Shown: positions 10,216 to 20,947, counted from the first letter of the stretch. The stretch: DNA of 64,000 bases from an uncultured Chloroflexia bacterium (GCA_963741085.1 CAVUGM010000006.1:565822-629821), one strand, 5' to 3'. The notes: generated by a model from the letters alone, not told the origin. Numbers and translations: made by a program.

Positions 10216-11757
10216 ATGACCGACGAAGGCACCGGGATCCCCGCCGGCCGAGCGCATTCGGAGGCGCTCGACGCCCTCGACCCGGCCCAGCTCGAGGGTC
10301 TCCTCGACATGGACCCGGAGCGTTTCCGCGAGGCGGCCCACACGGTCGTGGACGCCATGGCGGACTACCTGGCGACGCTGGAGTCGCGCCGCGTCCTCCC
10401 CGCGATCGAGCCTGGATCGATCAGGCCGGCCTTCCCGGCCACGCCGCCGGAGGGGCCCGAGCCGCTGGGCGCGATCCTGGCAGACCTCGATCGGTTCGTC
10501 GTGCCCAACGCGACCCATTGGCAGCACCCGGGGTTCATGGCCTACTTCGCCACGACTGCGTCGGCCGCGGGCATCCTGGGCGAGATGTGGACCGCGGTCC
10601 TGGGGCAGAACCCGATGCTCTGGCGGACTTCGCCGATCGGGACGGAGCTCGAGGAGGTGGTCGTCGGCTGGCTGCGGGACGGCCTCGGCCTGCCGGGCTC
10701 GTTCGACGGCCTCCTCAACGACACCGCCTCCACCTCGACGCTCATCGCCCTGGCGGCCTCCCGCGAGACAGCGGGCTTGCGGGCAGCGGCCGACGGCGTG
10801 GCGCACCGGGACCGGGGGTCGCCGGTGGTCTACGCATCGGCCGAGGCCCACAGCAGCGTCGAGAAGGCATGCATGACCCTCGGCCTGGGCCGCGCGTCGC
10901 TCCGCAGGATCCCGGTCGACGACGCCTACCGGATGCGCGTCGACCTCCTGGAGCGCGCCGTCGCAGCAGATCGAGCAGCCGGCCGCGTGCCGGTCGCGAT
11001 CGTCGCGACGATCGGGACGACCTCGTCGACCTCGGTCGACCCGGTCGGCGCGATCGCCGACATCGCGGAGCGTGAGCGAACCTGGCTCCACGTCGATGCC
11101 GCGTACGCCGGATCGGCTGCACTGGTGCCGGAGAGGCGCGGACCGTTCGCCGGCTGGGAGCGCGCCGACTCGATCGTCGTGAACCCTCACAAATGGATGT
11201 TCACGCCGCTGGGCGCGTCGCTGCTCCTCACCCGGCGCATGGAGTCGCTGCGGGACGCCTTCAGCCTGGTGCCGGAGTACCTTCGGACACTCGACCAGGA
11301 GCGGCCCGTCCGCGACTTCAACGAATACCAGCCGCAGCTCGGCCGGCGGATGCGAGCGCTCAAGCTGTGGGTCCTGCTCCGCTACTTCGGCCTCGAGGGG
11401 CTGGGGCGGCGGATCGACGCCCACTGCCGGCTGGCGGCCGACCTTGCGGCCCGGGTGAACGCCGACGCCGACTTCGAGCTCCTGGCGCCGGCGCCGTTCT
11501 CGACGGTCTGCCTCCGCTGGCGACCGGCAAGCCTCGCGGGCAGGGAGGGCGACCCTGACGTGGCGACCCGCCTCGACGCCGCGAACGAGCGCCTGATGGC
11601 GGCCGTGAACGCCACCGGCGAGGTGTTCCTGTCGCACACGCGGTTGCACGACCGCTTCACCATCCGGGTGGCGATCGGCAACCTGCGAACCGAGGGCCGT
11701 CACGTGGAGCGCGCCTGGCACCTCCTGCGTCGGGAGGCCGCCCTTCTCGAGGCGTGA
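10216..11757 (+). CDS. PLP-dependent group II amino-acid decarboxylase (aromatic-L-amino-acid / tyrosine decarboxylase family)
   Basis: HWQHPGFMAYF; STSTLIAL; HVDAAYAGSA; NPHKWMFTPL (the PLP-lysine motif). 510+ aa. Confidence 0.85.
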   Translation: MTDEGTGIPAGRAHSEALDALDPAQLEGLLDMDPERFREAAHTVVDAMADYLATLESRRVLPAIEPGSIRPAFPATPPEGPEPLGAILADLDRFVVPNATHWQHPGFMAYFATTASAAGILGEMWTAVLGQNPMLWRTSPIGTELEEVVVGWLRDGLGLPGSFDGLLNDTASTSTLIALAASRETAGLRAAADGVAHRDRGSPVVYASAEAHSSVEKACMTLGLGRASLRRIPVDDAYRMRVDLLERAVAADRAAGRVPVAIVATIGTTSSTSVDPVGAIADIAERERTWLHVDAAYAGSAALVPERRGPFAGWERADSIVVNPHKWMFTPLGASLLLTRRMESLRDAFSLVPEYLRTLDQERPVRDFNEYQPQLGRRMRALKLWVLLRYFGLEGLGRRIDAHCRLAADLAARVNADADFELLAPAPFSTVCLRWRPASLAGREGDPDVATRLDAANERLMAAVNATGEVFLSHTRLHDRFTIRVAIGNLRTEGRHVERAWHLLRREAALLEA

Positions 11758-11945
11758 GCATTTGTCGGGCGCGCCTGGGGCGTCCGGCTGACCATGCCGC
11801 GTTCAGCGCGAAGCCGCGATCGGCGGTAGGTCCGCCCGCCAGGCGCAGGACGCGCCTGTCCCGGAACCAGCGCGTGCTAGGCTCGTTGTGAAGCGACGAA
11901 CCGCCACGGCCGGGCGTCCCGCCGGCGCCCTTGAGGAGACCCACG

Positions 11946-13466
11946 ATGGACGCCGACGCCGTCCGCGACTTCCCCATGTTCATCGACGGGGCGCCCGCGG
12001 GCCCAGGGACCAGCGGGTGGCTGGAGGTGCGCAGCCCGGCGACCGGCTCCGTCGCGGGGCGCGTGCCGGCCGGCACGCCCGAGGACGTGGACCGGGCCGT
12101 CGCGGCAGCGCGCGCCGCGTTCGACGACGGGCGCTGGAGCCGCCGCTACCTTCCGGAGCGGGTTGCGATCCTCGACCGGCTCGCTGATCTCCTCGAGGAC
12201 CACGCCGACGAGCTCGCGCGCCTCGAGACCGCCCAGACCGGCTCGGCCTACAAGCTGCGCCGCGACTCCGACCTCCCCTTCGCCATCGACAACCTGCGCT
12301 TCTTCGCGGGCGCCGTGCGTCACCTCGAGGGCAAGGCTGCCTACGAGTACTCGGGCAGCCACACGAGCTTCGTGCGCCGCGAGCCCCTTGGGGTGGTCGG
12401 CCAGGTGAGCCCCTGGAACTATCCGCTCTGGATGGCGATCTGGAAGATCGGGCCCGCGCTCGCGGCGGGCAACTCGGTCGTCCTCAAGCCGGCGACGGCC
12501 ACGCCGTTGACGACGATCCGCCTGGCCGAGCTGGCGGCCGAGGCCGGGGTCCCGGCGGGCGTCTTCAGCGTCGTCACGGGGCGCGGCGACGTCGTGGGTG
12601 CCGCCCTGGCGGGCCATCGCGACATCGATCTCATCTCCCTCACGGGCGATTCCGAGACCGGTCGCCGGATCATGACCCGGGCAACGGGCAACCTCAAGCG
12701 CGTTCACCTCGAGCTCGGCGGCAAGGCCCCGTTCATCGTCCACGCCGACGCCGACCTGGAGGCCGCAGCCCGCGGCGCCACCGCCGGGGCCCTCATCAAC
12801 GGGGGCCAGGACTGCACGGCGGCGACCCGGGTCTACGTCCACCGGTCGGTCGCCCAGGCGTTCACGGCCCGCCTCGTGGAGCTGTTCGAATCCGTTCGCG
12901 TCGGCGACCCGATGGCGGCGGACACGGACCTGGGTACGCTCATCAGCGCGGCCCAGGTGGAGCGGGTCGCCGGCTTCGTGGAGCGCGCCGTGGCGGCCGG
13001 TGCCCGGGTCCTAACAGGCGGCTCGCGGGCCCAGGTCGCGGGCCTTCCCGACGGTGCGTTCTACCTGCCGACGGTCGTGGCCGGCGCGGCCCAGGACAGC
13101 GAGATCGTGCAGCACGAGGTCTTCGGCCCGGTGCTGGTCGTCCTGCCCTTCGACACCGAAGACGAGGCGCTCGCCATGGCCAACGACACCGCCTATGGCC
13201 TCGCGAGCTCCGTCTGGACGAGCGACCTGCGGGTGGCGATGCGGGCGACGCAGGCCCTCAACTTCGGCCACGTCCTCGTCAACGACCACCTGATGGTCAC
13301 AAGTGAGATGCCTCACGGCGGCTTCAAGCAGTCGGGCTTCGGCAAGGACATGTCGATGTACTCGTTCGAGGAGTACACGCGTGTGAAGCACGTGATGATC
13401 GAGCTCACCGGCGCGCCCGAGAAACCCTGGCACTACACGATCTTCGGCGACAGGCCGGCGAGGTAG
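11946..13466 (+). CDS. NAD(P)+-dependent aldehyde dehydrogenase
   Basis: VSPWNYPLWMAIWKIGPALAAGNSVVLKPA; ELGGKAPFIV (catalytic Glu); GQDCTAATRVYV (catalytic Cys); PFDTEDEALAMANDTAYGLASSVWT. Confidence 0.85.
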   Translation: MDADAVRDFPMFIDGAPAGPGTSGWLEVRSPATGSVAGRVPAGTPEDVDRAVAAARAAFDDGRWSRRYLPERVAILDRLADLLEDHADELARLETAQTGSAYKLRRDSDLPFAIDNLRFFAGAVRHLEGKAAYEYSGSHTSFVRREPLGVVGQVSPWNYPLWMAIWKIGPALAAGNSVVLKPATATPLTTIRLAELAAEAGVPAGVFSVVTGRGDVVGAALAGHRDIDLISLTGDSETGRRIMTRATGNLKRVHLELGGKAPFIVHADADLEAAARGATAGALINGGQDCTAATRVYVHRSVAQAFTARLVELFESVRVGDPMAADTDLGTLISAAQVERVAGFVERAVAAGARVLTGGSRAQVAGLPDGAFYLPTVVAGAAQDSEIVQHEVFGPVLVVLPFDTEDEALAMANDTAYGLASSVWTSDLRVAMRATQALNFGHVLVNDHLMVTSEMPHGGFKQSGFGKDMSMYSFEEYTRVKHVMIELTGAPEKPWHYTIFGDRPAR

Positions 13467-13970
13467 GCCGGATCGGAGAGCGGGGGAGATCTCGGCGAGC
13501 GCCCCGCCGGGAGGCGAGCTGGCACGCATTGCCACGATGACCTCACAGCTAATTGGGACGCGCTGGCACCACACGGCCTTTCGTTCTAGTATTCGCGTCG
13601 CGTACTACCGCGCTCCGCCGGGTGGGCGGTGCCATGAAGAGCTGGGGGGTTCTCTCATGCCACATTCGAGATTGCCGCGCGTCCTGACGCGAGCCAGATG
13701 GGTGACGTCGCGGGCGCAGGCTGCGGCGACATCAGGGGTGGCGAGCCCGGCGCGAGAGCCATTTGCGGGCGCATCACCTGGTGGGCAGGCGCCCGTCGCA
13801 CCCTGAGAGGTCGCCCGGCGCGGGGGGTGCCGGGCCTTCGACCTCGGAAGCCCGCTGGCCGTCGCGCGCAGCGCCCGTTACGCGCCACCGCCGACCCTGC
13901 TCCTCCTTGGTCCTTGTGCCCGGTTCCGCTGGTCACCTCATCTTCGGAACGCTTCACGGGGTATCGGTCG

Positions 13971-14501
13971 ATGGATGTCCTCCAGGGCGACACTGGCTTC
14001 CCGACTCTGACGAGCCGACGGAAGCCACTCAGGCTTGCCCCGTCCCGCTCCAGCGTCCGCCAGGTCGCGTCGTTCGCCGCGATCGGCGTTGTCAGCACCG
14101 CCGCCTACGTCGTGCTCTACACCGCCTTCCGGCTGGCCCTCGGCGCGACCGCGTCCAACGCTCTGGCCCTGGTCATCACCGCGATCGGGAACACGGCCGC
14201 CAACCGGCGGCTCACCTTCGATGTCCGCGAGCGGGAGGGAGCCCTGCGCGACCAGGTCGGCGGGCTCGCCGCCCTCGGGGTCGCCCTCGCCATCACGACG
14301 CTGGCGGTCAACCTCCTTGGCGCAATCGCGCCCGGAGCCGGGCGCGCCGTCGAGCTCGTGGTCCTCGTCGCGGCGAACGTGCTGGCCACCATCTGCCGCT
14401 TCCTTCTCCTCCGTCACTGGATCGCCGGCCGACGCCGAGCGTCGGCGACGGGCACCCAGCCATCTGGCGCTGGGCTCGTGGTGGTGCCGGAGCGGGACTG
14501 A
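13971..14501 (+). CDS. GtrA-family membrane protein
   Basis: VRQVASFAAIGVVSTAAYVVLYTAFRL...NALALVITAIGNTAANRRLTF, four predicted TM segments. ATG at 13971. The upstream part of the long ORF is R/G-rich noise. Confidence 0.7.
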   Translation: MDVLQGDTGFPTLTSRRKPLRLAPSRSSVRQVASFAAIGVVSTAAYVVLYTAFRLALGATASNALALVITAIGNTAANRRLTFDVREREGALRDQVGGLAALGVALAITTLAVNLLGAIAPGAGRAVELVVLVAANVLATICRFLLLRHWIAGRRRASATGTQPSGAGLVVVPERD

Positions 14502-14602
14502 CCGGTAGCCCACGCTAGCGCGTCGATCTCCTCGGCGGCCCGGCCGATGGTCGGCGGCTCCAGGGCACGACCGCGGGCCAACGGTCAGATCTGGTCGGGC
14601 GT

Positions 14603-15880
14603 TCAGGCCGTGACGGCGTCGCCCTTCGCGTAGTCCCGCAGCTCGGACGTGCCCGGCAGGATCGTCTTGCCCTTGCGGGCCACCTTCAGGAGCAGCCAGG
14701 CCAGCGGGATCGGCACGAACCAGAAGTACAAGCGGTACAGGAAGACGCCGGCCGTGATGGCCGCCTGGTACTCGGCGCCGGCGATCGCGGAGAAGGCCGA
14801 GATGAAGAGGAGCTCGGACACGCCGGCGCCCCCCGGCGAGAGCGGGAGGATCGTGATGCACATCACGAGCGCATAGACGGCGAAGACCTCGCCGGCGCTG
14901 ATCGCCGTGTCGGGCACGCCGCAGATGCGCAGGGCGACCAGGAGGACGATCGCCCACACGAACTGCGAGACGACCGCGATCGCGAGCGCCAGCGCGCCGC
15001 GCCGGCGGATGACGAGGCCGAGCTGGTCGCGGAAGCGGTGGATCGACGCGGAGACGTTGGGGGAGCCCGTCCGTCCGAGGCGCCGCAGGGTCCAGTCCGC
15101 GATCCGCTGCCCGGTCCGCCCGATCCAGTCTGCGATCCGTTCGGAGCGCACGATCCCGACGATGAGCGACGTGACGACCACGAAGGCAACGGCGCTGATG
15201 ATCGCGATCGCCCAGGCGGTGCCGGCTTTCGCCGAGCTGGCGAGGTCCCCGGCGAGGGCGACGGCGAGGATCCCGAAGAGCGGCAGGAACATCCGGCTCA
15301 GGATGTTGATGACCCCGTACAGGGCGACCCCCGACGTCGCGGCGGCGTTGCCCGTTCCCCAGCCGCGGACCACGACCCACAGCACGCCCATGTTCCAGGG
15401 CCCGAACGGCACGCTGGCTCCGATGCCCGCCAGGATGAGCCAGGACATCGTGCCCCGGAGCCACGACAGGCCGTCGATCAGGGCGCTGAAGATGAGGCCG
15501 CTCACCACCCAGGCGATCGCGCCCAGGATCGTGATGACGACGAATTGCTGCAGGGTGAGCGCCTTGAAGGCGGCGACGACCTCGGAGTAGTCGATGTAGC
15601 GCGGCAGGATGATGCCGAAGACGACGACGAGGACGGCGATGATCAGGCCGGAGCGCATCAGGGCGGCCCGACGGCTCGGCGGCGCCGCGGCCGACGCGGG
15701 ATCGGTGCCCCTCTCGGGGGGCGTCGCGGCTTCGCCGGCCTCAGCGGGCGGGGCGGCCGGAAGCGCGGGATCGGGGCTCGGTGCGGCTGGCCCGGTCGTC
15801 ACGGGTGGGGGAGCCTCCTGCTGATTGGCTCGTAGCGTAGCGGCTGGAACGAGGGAGGTGTCGGCCAGCGCGCGCCCCAC
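14603..15880 (-). CDS. Lysylphosphatidylglycerol-synthase-TM-region / UPF0104 'flippase-like' integral membrane protein
   Basis: Multi-TM protein with ...ILPLSPGGAGVSELLFISAFSAIAG..., characteristic of the LPG_synthase_TM / TIGR00374 family. Has a Pro/Ala-rich N-terminal tail; an alternative start at 15658 (MRSGLIIAVLVVV) is possible. Confidence 0.6.
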   Translation of the reverse strand: MGRALADTSLVPAATLRANQQEAPPPVTTGPAAPSPDPALPAAPPAEAGEAATPPERGTDPASAAAPPSRRAALMRSGLIIAVLVVVFGIILPRYIDYSEVVAAFKALTLQQFVVITILGAIAWVVSGLIFSALIDGLSWLRGTMSWLILAGIGASVPFGPWNMGVLWVVVRGWGTGNAAATSGVALYGVINILSRMFLPLFGILAVALAGDLASSAKAGTAWAIAIISAVAFVVVTSLIVGIVRSERIADWIGRTGQRIADWTLRRLGRTGSPNVSASIHRFRDQLGLVIRRRGALALAIAVVSQFVWAIVLLVALRICGVPDTAISAGEVFAVYALVMCITILPLSPGGAGVSELLFISAFSAIAGAEYQAAITAGVFLYRLYFWFVPIPLAWLLLKVARKGKTILPGTSELRDYAKGDAVTA

Positions 15881-15895
15881 GTGCGGCCGTCGCGG

Positions 15896-16351
15896 TCAGC
15901 CGCGACCCGAGGCGACGAGCGCCTCCTCCAGCCGCTGGACCTTGTCGAGCAGGGCGTCGATCGCGACGTCCTGGGCCTTGAGATGCTCCTGGATCTGGAT
16001 CGACTCGTGGAGGATCGCATCGGCGTCCTTGTAGGTCATCTCCGAGCGGCGGTCGGCGGCCTTCCCCAGGATGTTCTGGCCGACCATGATCACCGACAGC
16101 ATCACGAGCTGGATGAAGGTCTGGCTCAACCACTGGACGAAGAGGAGGAGGCCACCGCCCAGCGCCTGCGGGAGGACCATGAGCGCCAGCAGGGCAAAGA
16201 AGTAGGCGCACCACATGGTGCCGACGATCGTCGTCAGGGTGAGCCCGATCCGCCCGTTCAGGCCCACGTGCCCGTCGGTGCTCAGGGGCGGAGCCTCCTT
16301 CGCTCGCTCCTCGATCCGCGGGTGGGGCAGGTGGTCGAACGCGATCGCCAC
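15896..16351 (-). CDS. DUF1003-family membrane protein
   Basis: GHVGLNGRIGLTLTTIVGTMWCAYFFALLALMVLPQ...LLLFVQWLSQTFIQLVMLSVIMVGQNILGKAADRRSEMTYKDADAILHESIQIQEHLKAQD, the typical DUF1003 core. Confidence 0.6.
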   Translation of the reverse strand: MAIAFDHLPHPRIEERAKEAPPLSTDGHVGLNGRIGLTLTTIVGTMWCAYFFALLALMVLPQALGGGLLLFVQWLSQTFIQLVMLSVIMVGQNILGKAADRRSEMTYKDADAILHESIQIQEHLKAQDVAIDALLDKVQRLEEALVASGRG

Positions 16352-16515
16352 GATCCGGGCCTCCGTTCCGCCGCGATCCCGTCCCAGGGCGACGGTGGTA
16401 TCGCGTCGCGGGCAGCCTAACGCGTCTTCGGCCCGCGCCCTGCTGCCAGCACCCCGGGCGAGGGCGTCCACCGTACAATGGCGCCCGCCAGCAGCCCCCG
16501 GAGGAACGAGCGAGC

Positions 16516-16905
16516 GTGCCGCCGATCACCGAGCTCACGCGGATCGAACCGATCCACGTGCAGCGCCTTGCGCACCAGGGGATCTTCACGACGGGCCTCC
16601 TCCTCGAGGTCTCGGAGACGCCTGCGCGCCGCCAGACGCTCGCGGACCAGGTCGTCGCCACCACGAACGACGTTCTGACATGGCGCGACGAGGCCTTGCT
16701 CCTCAATCTCGCCGGCTTCACGTCGGCCGAGCACGACCTCCTCCGCTTCGCGGGTTTCGGCGGCCTGCGCGCGCTCCTCGCCGTGGACCTGCCGGCGTTT
16801 CGAGGCCGCCTGACCCGGGCCGCAGGCCAGCTCCAGGTGGAGGCCCCGAGCGACCTGATGATCGAGACGTGGTGGGACCAGGCCCGGACGCTCGCGGAGG
16901 AATGA
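16516..16905 (+). CDS. DUF4332-domain protein (helix-hairpin-helix-like)
   Basis: ITELTRIEPIHVQRLAHQGIFTTGLLLEVSETPARRQTLADQ...TWRDEALLLNLAGFTSAEHDLL. Confidence 0.55.
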   Translation: MPPITELTRIEPIHVQRLAHQGIFTTGLLLEVSETPARRQTLADQVVATTNDVLTWRDEALLLNLAGFTSAEHDLLRFAGFGGLRALLAVDLPAFRGRLTRAAGQLQVEAPSDLMIETWWDQARTLAEE

Positions 16906-17669
16906 GCCGGGCGGCAGCCGACGGCCCGACGGTCGGGCGGCGTCTCACGGGGATTGCCGTCGCGGTCGCGACCGCGCTCGTCATCACTGGCATCACGATC
17001 GCGATCTTCTTCAACCCGGTGTGGGTCTCCTTCGACCAGGCGCGGGCCGATGCGGCGGCGTGGACCGGCTGGCCGGCGCCCGCCGTTGACGCGGTCACCC
17101 GCGAGATCGTCGCCGAGGTCTGGCTCGGCCCGGGCACCTTCCTGCAGAGGGTGGCGGGTCAGCCGGTCCTCGAGGCCCGTGAACGGGCGCACATGGACGA
17201 CGTGCGGCGCGTCGTCATGGAGTTCTATGCCCTGGTCGTGGCGGCCGCGGTGGTCCTGCTTCTCGCCGGCGCCCTTTCGCGCGGGTCGCCGTGGTTCTGG
17301 CGGTCCGTTGGCACGGGGGCGAAGCTGCTCGCGGTCGGCACCGTGGCGATCGGGATCACGTTCGCGATCTTCTTCGACACCGCGTTCACGATCCTCCACG
17401 AGCTCCTGTTCCCGGCCGGGACGTGGACGTTCGATCCCGCGACGGACCGCCTCGTGCAGCTCTTCCCGGACCAGTTCTGGACCGAGACGTCGGTGGCGAT
17501 CGCCATCGTGGGCCTCCTGCTGGCGGCCGGCACGTGGCTCGTGGCGCGGCGCCTCGCACGCCCGCGGCTGCCGGCGCCGGCCGCGCGCGGTGCATTACCG
17601 GGCGTCCCGACGGACGGAGAGGCCGGATCACCGTCCCAAGTTGGCTCGCCGCCAGATCCTCGGGCGTGA
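16902..17669 (+). CDS. Integral membrane protein (DUF1461/TIGR01906-like)
   Basis: ATG overlaps the upstream stop (ATGA). GIAVAVATALVITGITIAIFFNPVWVSF... second TM block LLAVGTVAIGITFAIFFDTAFTILHELLFPAGTWTFDPATDRLVQLFPDQFW. Confidence 0.5.
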   Translation: MSRAAADGPTVGRRLTGIAVAVATALVITGITIAIFFNPVWVSFDQARADAAAWTGWPAPAVDAVTREIVAEVWLGPGTFLQRVAGQPVLEARERAHMDDVRRVVMEFYALVVAAAVVLLLAGALSRGSPWFWRSVGTGAKLLAVGTVAIGITFAIFFDTAFTILHELLFPAGTWTFDPATDRLVQLFPDQFWTETSVAIAIVGLLLAAGTWLVARRLARPRLPAPAARGALPGVPTDGEAGSPSQVGSPPDPRA

Positions 17670-17747
17670 CAGAATTGGCCCGGGGCGCCGCCGGCTTGGC
17701 GCCGGTCTGAGCCCGCAGGCCCGGTTGCCCCGGTCGGACCGGCGAGC

Positions 17748-18383
17748 ATGCCGGTGGAACGCGGAGGAGTCATGGACGACCGCGCCGTTCCGCGTACGGA
17801 GCGTCGGCGGCTGACGCACGTCGATCGGCGCGGCCGCCCGCGGATGGTCGACGTGTCGGAGAAGCCCGCCACGGCGCGGCGCGCCGTGGCGGAGGCCGAG
17901 GTGGCCTGCTCGCAGGCGACGCTCACGCTGGTGATCGACGGCGGGGGGCCGAAGGGTGACGTCCTGACCGTCGCCGAGCTCGCCGGAGTGATGGCCGCGA
18001 AGCGGACGTGGGAGCTCATCCCCCTCTGCCATCCCCTGACGCTCACCGACGTCGCGGTCCGGATCACGCCGGACCGCGTTGCCTCGGCATTCCGGATCCG
18101 CGCCGAGACCGCCACCACGGGCCCGACAGGCGTCGAGATGGAGGCGCTGACGGCGGCCAGCGTGGCCGCGCTCACGCTGTATGACATGGTCAAGGGCGTC
18201 GAACGGGGCGTGGAGATCCGCTCCATCCACCTCGTCTCGAAGAGCGGTGGCGCGTCGGGTGAGTGGCATCGACCGGACGAGCCGGCGTCCGCGCCCCCGC
18301 CGCACGCCGGCCGTCCACGGGGCGTGCGCGGCCCCACCGGGGCCGGCAAGACCCGGCGGGCGCCGCGCAAACCGACGGGCTGA
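17748..18383 (+). CDS. moaC: Cyclic pyranopterin monophosphate synthase accessory protein MoaC
   Basis: LTHVDRRGRPRMVDVSEK; ELIPLCHPLTLT; GVEMEALTAASVAALTLYDMVK. A later start (GTG at 17769) is possible. Confidence 0.85.
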   Translation: MPVERGGVMDDRAVPRTERRRLTHVDRRGRPRMVDVSEKPATARRAVAEAEVACSQATLTLVIDGGGPKGDVLTVAELAGVMAAKRTWELIPLCHPLTLTDVAVRITPDRVASAFRIRAETATTGPTGVEMEALTAASVAALTLYDMVKGVERGVEIRSIHLVSKSGGASGEWHRPDEPASAPPPHAGRPRGVRGPTGAGKTRRAPRKPTG

Positions 18384-18892
18384 TGGCAGGCCCCGAACGC
18401 ACGGCCCTCGTCCTGACCGTGTCGGACGGCGTGGCGGCTGGCGTCCGCGAGGACGCCTCCGGCGGCGCGCTCGAGGCGCGCCTCGTCGCCCTGGGGTTCG
18501 CCGTGGAGCGGTCGAGCGTCCCCGACGAGCGCGGCATCATCGAGCCGGCCCTCATCCGTGCCTGCGCCCTCCACCCCCTGGTGCTGACGACCGGCGGCAC
18601 GGGGCTGACGCCGCGCGACGTCACGCCGCAGGCAACCCAGGCGGTCGTTGACTACGAGATCCCGGGCCTCGCAGAGGCGATGCGGGCCGACGGCCGGGCG
18701 AAGACGCCGATGGCCGTCCTCTCCCGATCGGTCGTCGGCGTCCGCGGCCATACCCTCGTCGTGAACCTCCCCGGCAGCCCGCGCGGTGCCCTCGAGGCGC
18801 TCTCCTCCCTCGAGCCGGTCCTCGACCATGCTCTCGAGACGCTCGCGGGGCCGTTCGAGCACGCGGGGTGGCCCGGGTCCGGCTCTTCGTGA
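18383..18892 (+). CDS. Molybdenum cofactor biosynthesis protein MoaB/MogA family
   Basis: ATG overlaps the moaC stop. ALVLTVSDGVAAG...LVLTTGGTGLTPRDVTPQATQ...VVNLPGSP (MoCF_biosynth fold). Confidence 0.8.
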   Translation: MAGPERTALVLTVSDGVAAGVREDASGGALEARLVALGFAVERSSVPDERGIIEPALIRACALHPLVLTTGGTGLTPRDVTPQATQAVVDYEIPGLAEAMRADGRAKTPMAVLSRSVVGVRGHTLVVNLPGSPRGALEALSSLEPVLDHALETLAGPFEHAGWPGSGSS

Positions 18893-20947
18893 CCTCGACG
18901 CTGGCACAGGTTCCCTACTACCCGCTGGCGTTCCCGGTCTTCTACGGTGCGCTCGCCGTCTTCGCCGTCCTCATGGCGCGGCATCTGCGGGTCCTGCGGC
19001 TGGCCCGTGCCGCCGGACCGTTCACCGACGTCCGGCAACGAAGCGCGGCGCTGGCGCGCTACGCCATCGCCCAGGTGCGGATGTTCCGCGATCCCGGCGT
19101 CGGGGTCATGCACTACCTCATCTTCGTCGCCTTCGTGGCCCTCTCGGTCGGGACGCTCAACGCGGCCACCGGCGGCCTCGTGGAGGCGCTCGTCGGGTTC
19201 CCGCTCGGCGGCGCCCTCTGGGCGATGACGCTCTTCGTGCGCAACGTCGCGGGCGTGCTGGCCATTGGTGCGCTCGCGTATGCCCTCTGGCGCAGGCTGG
19301 TCGTGCGACCGTCGCGCCTGACCCTTAACCGCTCCGGGATTGCGATCCTTTTCCTGATCCTTGGCATCGTCGGCGCGGAGCTCGGGGCGCTGGCCTATGA
19401 GGCGGCCCTCTACGGGCCGCTGCCCGGGGCGCTGATCACGAATGCCGCCGGAGCGGCCCTGGCGAGCGTGAGCCAGCCCACCCTGGAGGCGCTCTTCGCG
19501 CTTCACTGGTGGGCCCACCTCGTTCTCGTCGCGATCTTCCTCGCCTGGCTGCCGACCACGAAGCACCTCCACATCGTCACCGCGTTCTTCAACGTCTACC
19601 TTCGGAAGCTCGAGCCGCGGGGTGCTCTCCCCGCGATGGACCTCGAGGCCGAGGACGCGACGTACGGGCTGCGGTCGGTGGCCGACCTGCGGTGGAAGGA
19701 GCTCCTCGACGGCTACACCTGCACGGAATGCGGTCGCTGCCGGGACGCCTGCCCGGCGCATGCCACCGGAAAGCCGCTCGACCCGAAGAGCCTGGTGATG
19801 GGGATCCGTCACCTCGCCGGCGAGGGGACCGAGGGAGCGGCGGGCTCCGCTGCTCCGGAGCTGGTTCCGGGGCGCGATCACGGAGGAGGCAGTCTGGGAC
19901 TGCGTCACCTGCGGCGCGTGCGTCGAGGCCTGCCCGGTGTTGATCGAGCACGTCGATACCATCGTCGGGATCCGGCGCAACCTGGTCCTCGAGGAGAGCC
20001 GCTTCCCGGGCGAGCTTGCGCCGGCGTTCCGGGCGATGGAGTCGGCCCAGAACCCGTGGGGCCGGCCCCGGAGCGAGCGACTGGACTGGACGCGGGGGCT
20101 CCCGTTCAGCGTGCCGGTCGCCGCCGACGTCGCGCGTGCCGGTCGCCTGGGAGACGTCGAGGTCCTCTACTGGGTCGGCTGCGCGGCGGCCTTCGACGAG
20201 CGCAATCGGCGCGTGGCGCGCGCCTTCGCGACCTGCCTCGATGCCGCCGGCGTGCAGTTCGCCGTCCTCGGCCAGGAGGAGGCCTGCACCGGCGACCCGG
20301 CCCGACGGATGGGGAATGAGTACGTCTTCCAGCTCCTGGCCAGCCAGAACATCGACGCCCTGCGCGCCTACGGGCCGCCGCGGATCGTCACGGCGTGCCC
20401 CCATTGCTTCAACAGCCTCGCGAACGAGTACCCGCAGCTGGGCGGTGCGTTCGACGTCGTTCACCACTCGACATTCCTCGCCGCCCTTCTCGCCGAGGGT
20501 CGCCTGGCCACCCTGGTCGGGACGGACGGTGCCGACGTCCGCCGGGTGACCTTCCACGACGCGTGCTACCTCGCCCGCTACAACGGCGTCCTCGCCGAGC
20601 CGCGCGAGGTCCTGGACGCGGTCCCGAGCGTCTCGGTGGCCGAGATGGATCGTCACGGGCGCGAGAGCTTCTGCTGCGGAGCCGGAGGCGGCAGGATGTG
20701 GATGGAGGAGAGCCGCGGGTCCCGGATCAATGCCGAACGAGCTCGGCAGGCGCTGGCCACGGGTGCGGACGCCGTGGCGGTCGCCTGCCCGTTCTGCCTG
20801 ACCATGCTCGCCGACGGCCTCGCGGGCGACCCAGCCAACGCGGCCGGCGTTACGACGCTCGACATCGCCGAGATCCTGGCGCCGGTCGCGATCGCCGGCC
20901 CGGCCCCGAGCGCCGGGCGGGGCCGGGCGTTGCCGGTGATCCAGTAG
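18868..20947 (+). CDS. Membrane-anchored (Fe-S) oxidoreductase, EtfD-like (N-terminal 5-6 TM, 2x[4Fe-4S] CX2CX2CX3CP, two CCG domains); frameshift near 19875
   Basis: N-terminal TM domain. CTECGRCRDACP in frame 1, then WDCVTCGACVEACP and CCG-type blocks (YWVGCAAAFD..., TACPHCFNSL, SFCCGAGGG, VACPFCLTML) in frame 2. A 1-nt indel sits in 'ccggggcgcgatc'. Confidence 0.75.

Noticed and set aside
13467-13970. 500-bp gap upstream of the GtrA gene with a locally AT-richer segment (13540-13620) as a possible sRNA or promoter
   Set aside because: No repeat copies, no clear -35/-10 or terminator, and no conserved structure identifiable from a single sequence. Left as ordinary intergenic/promoter DNA.
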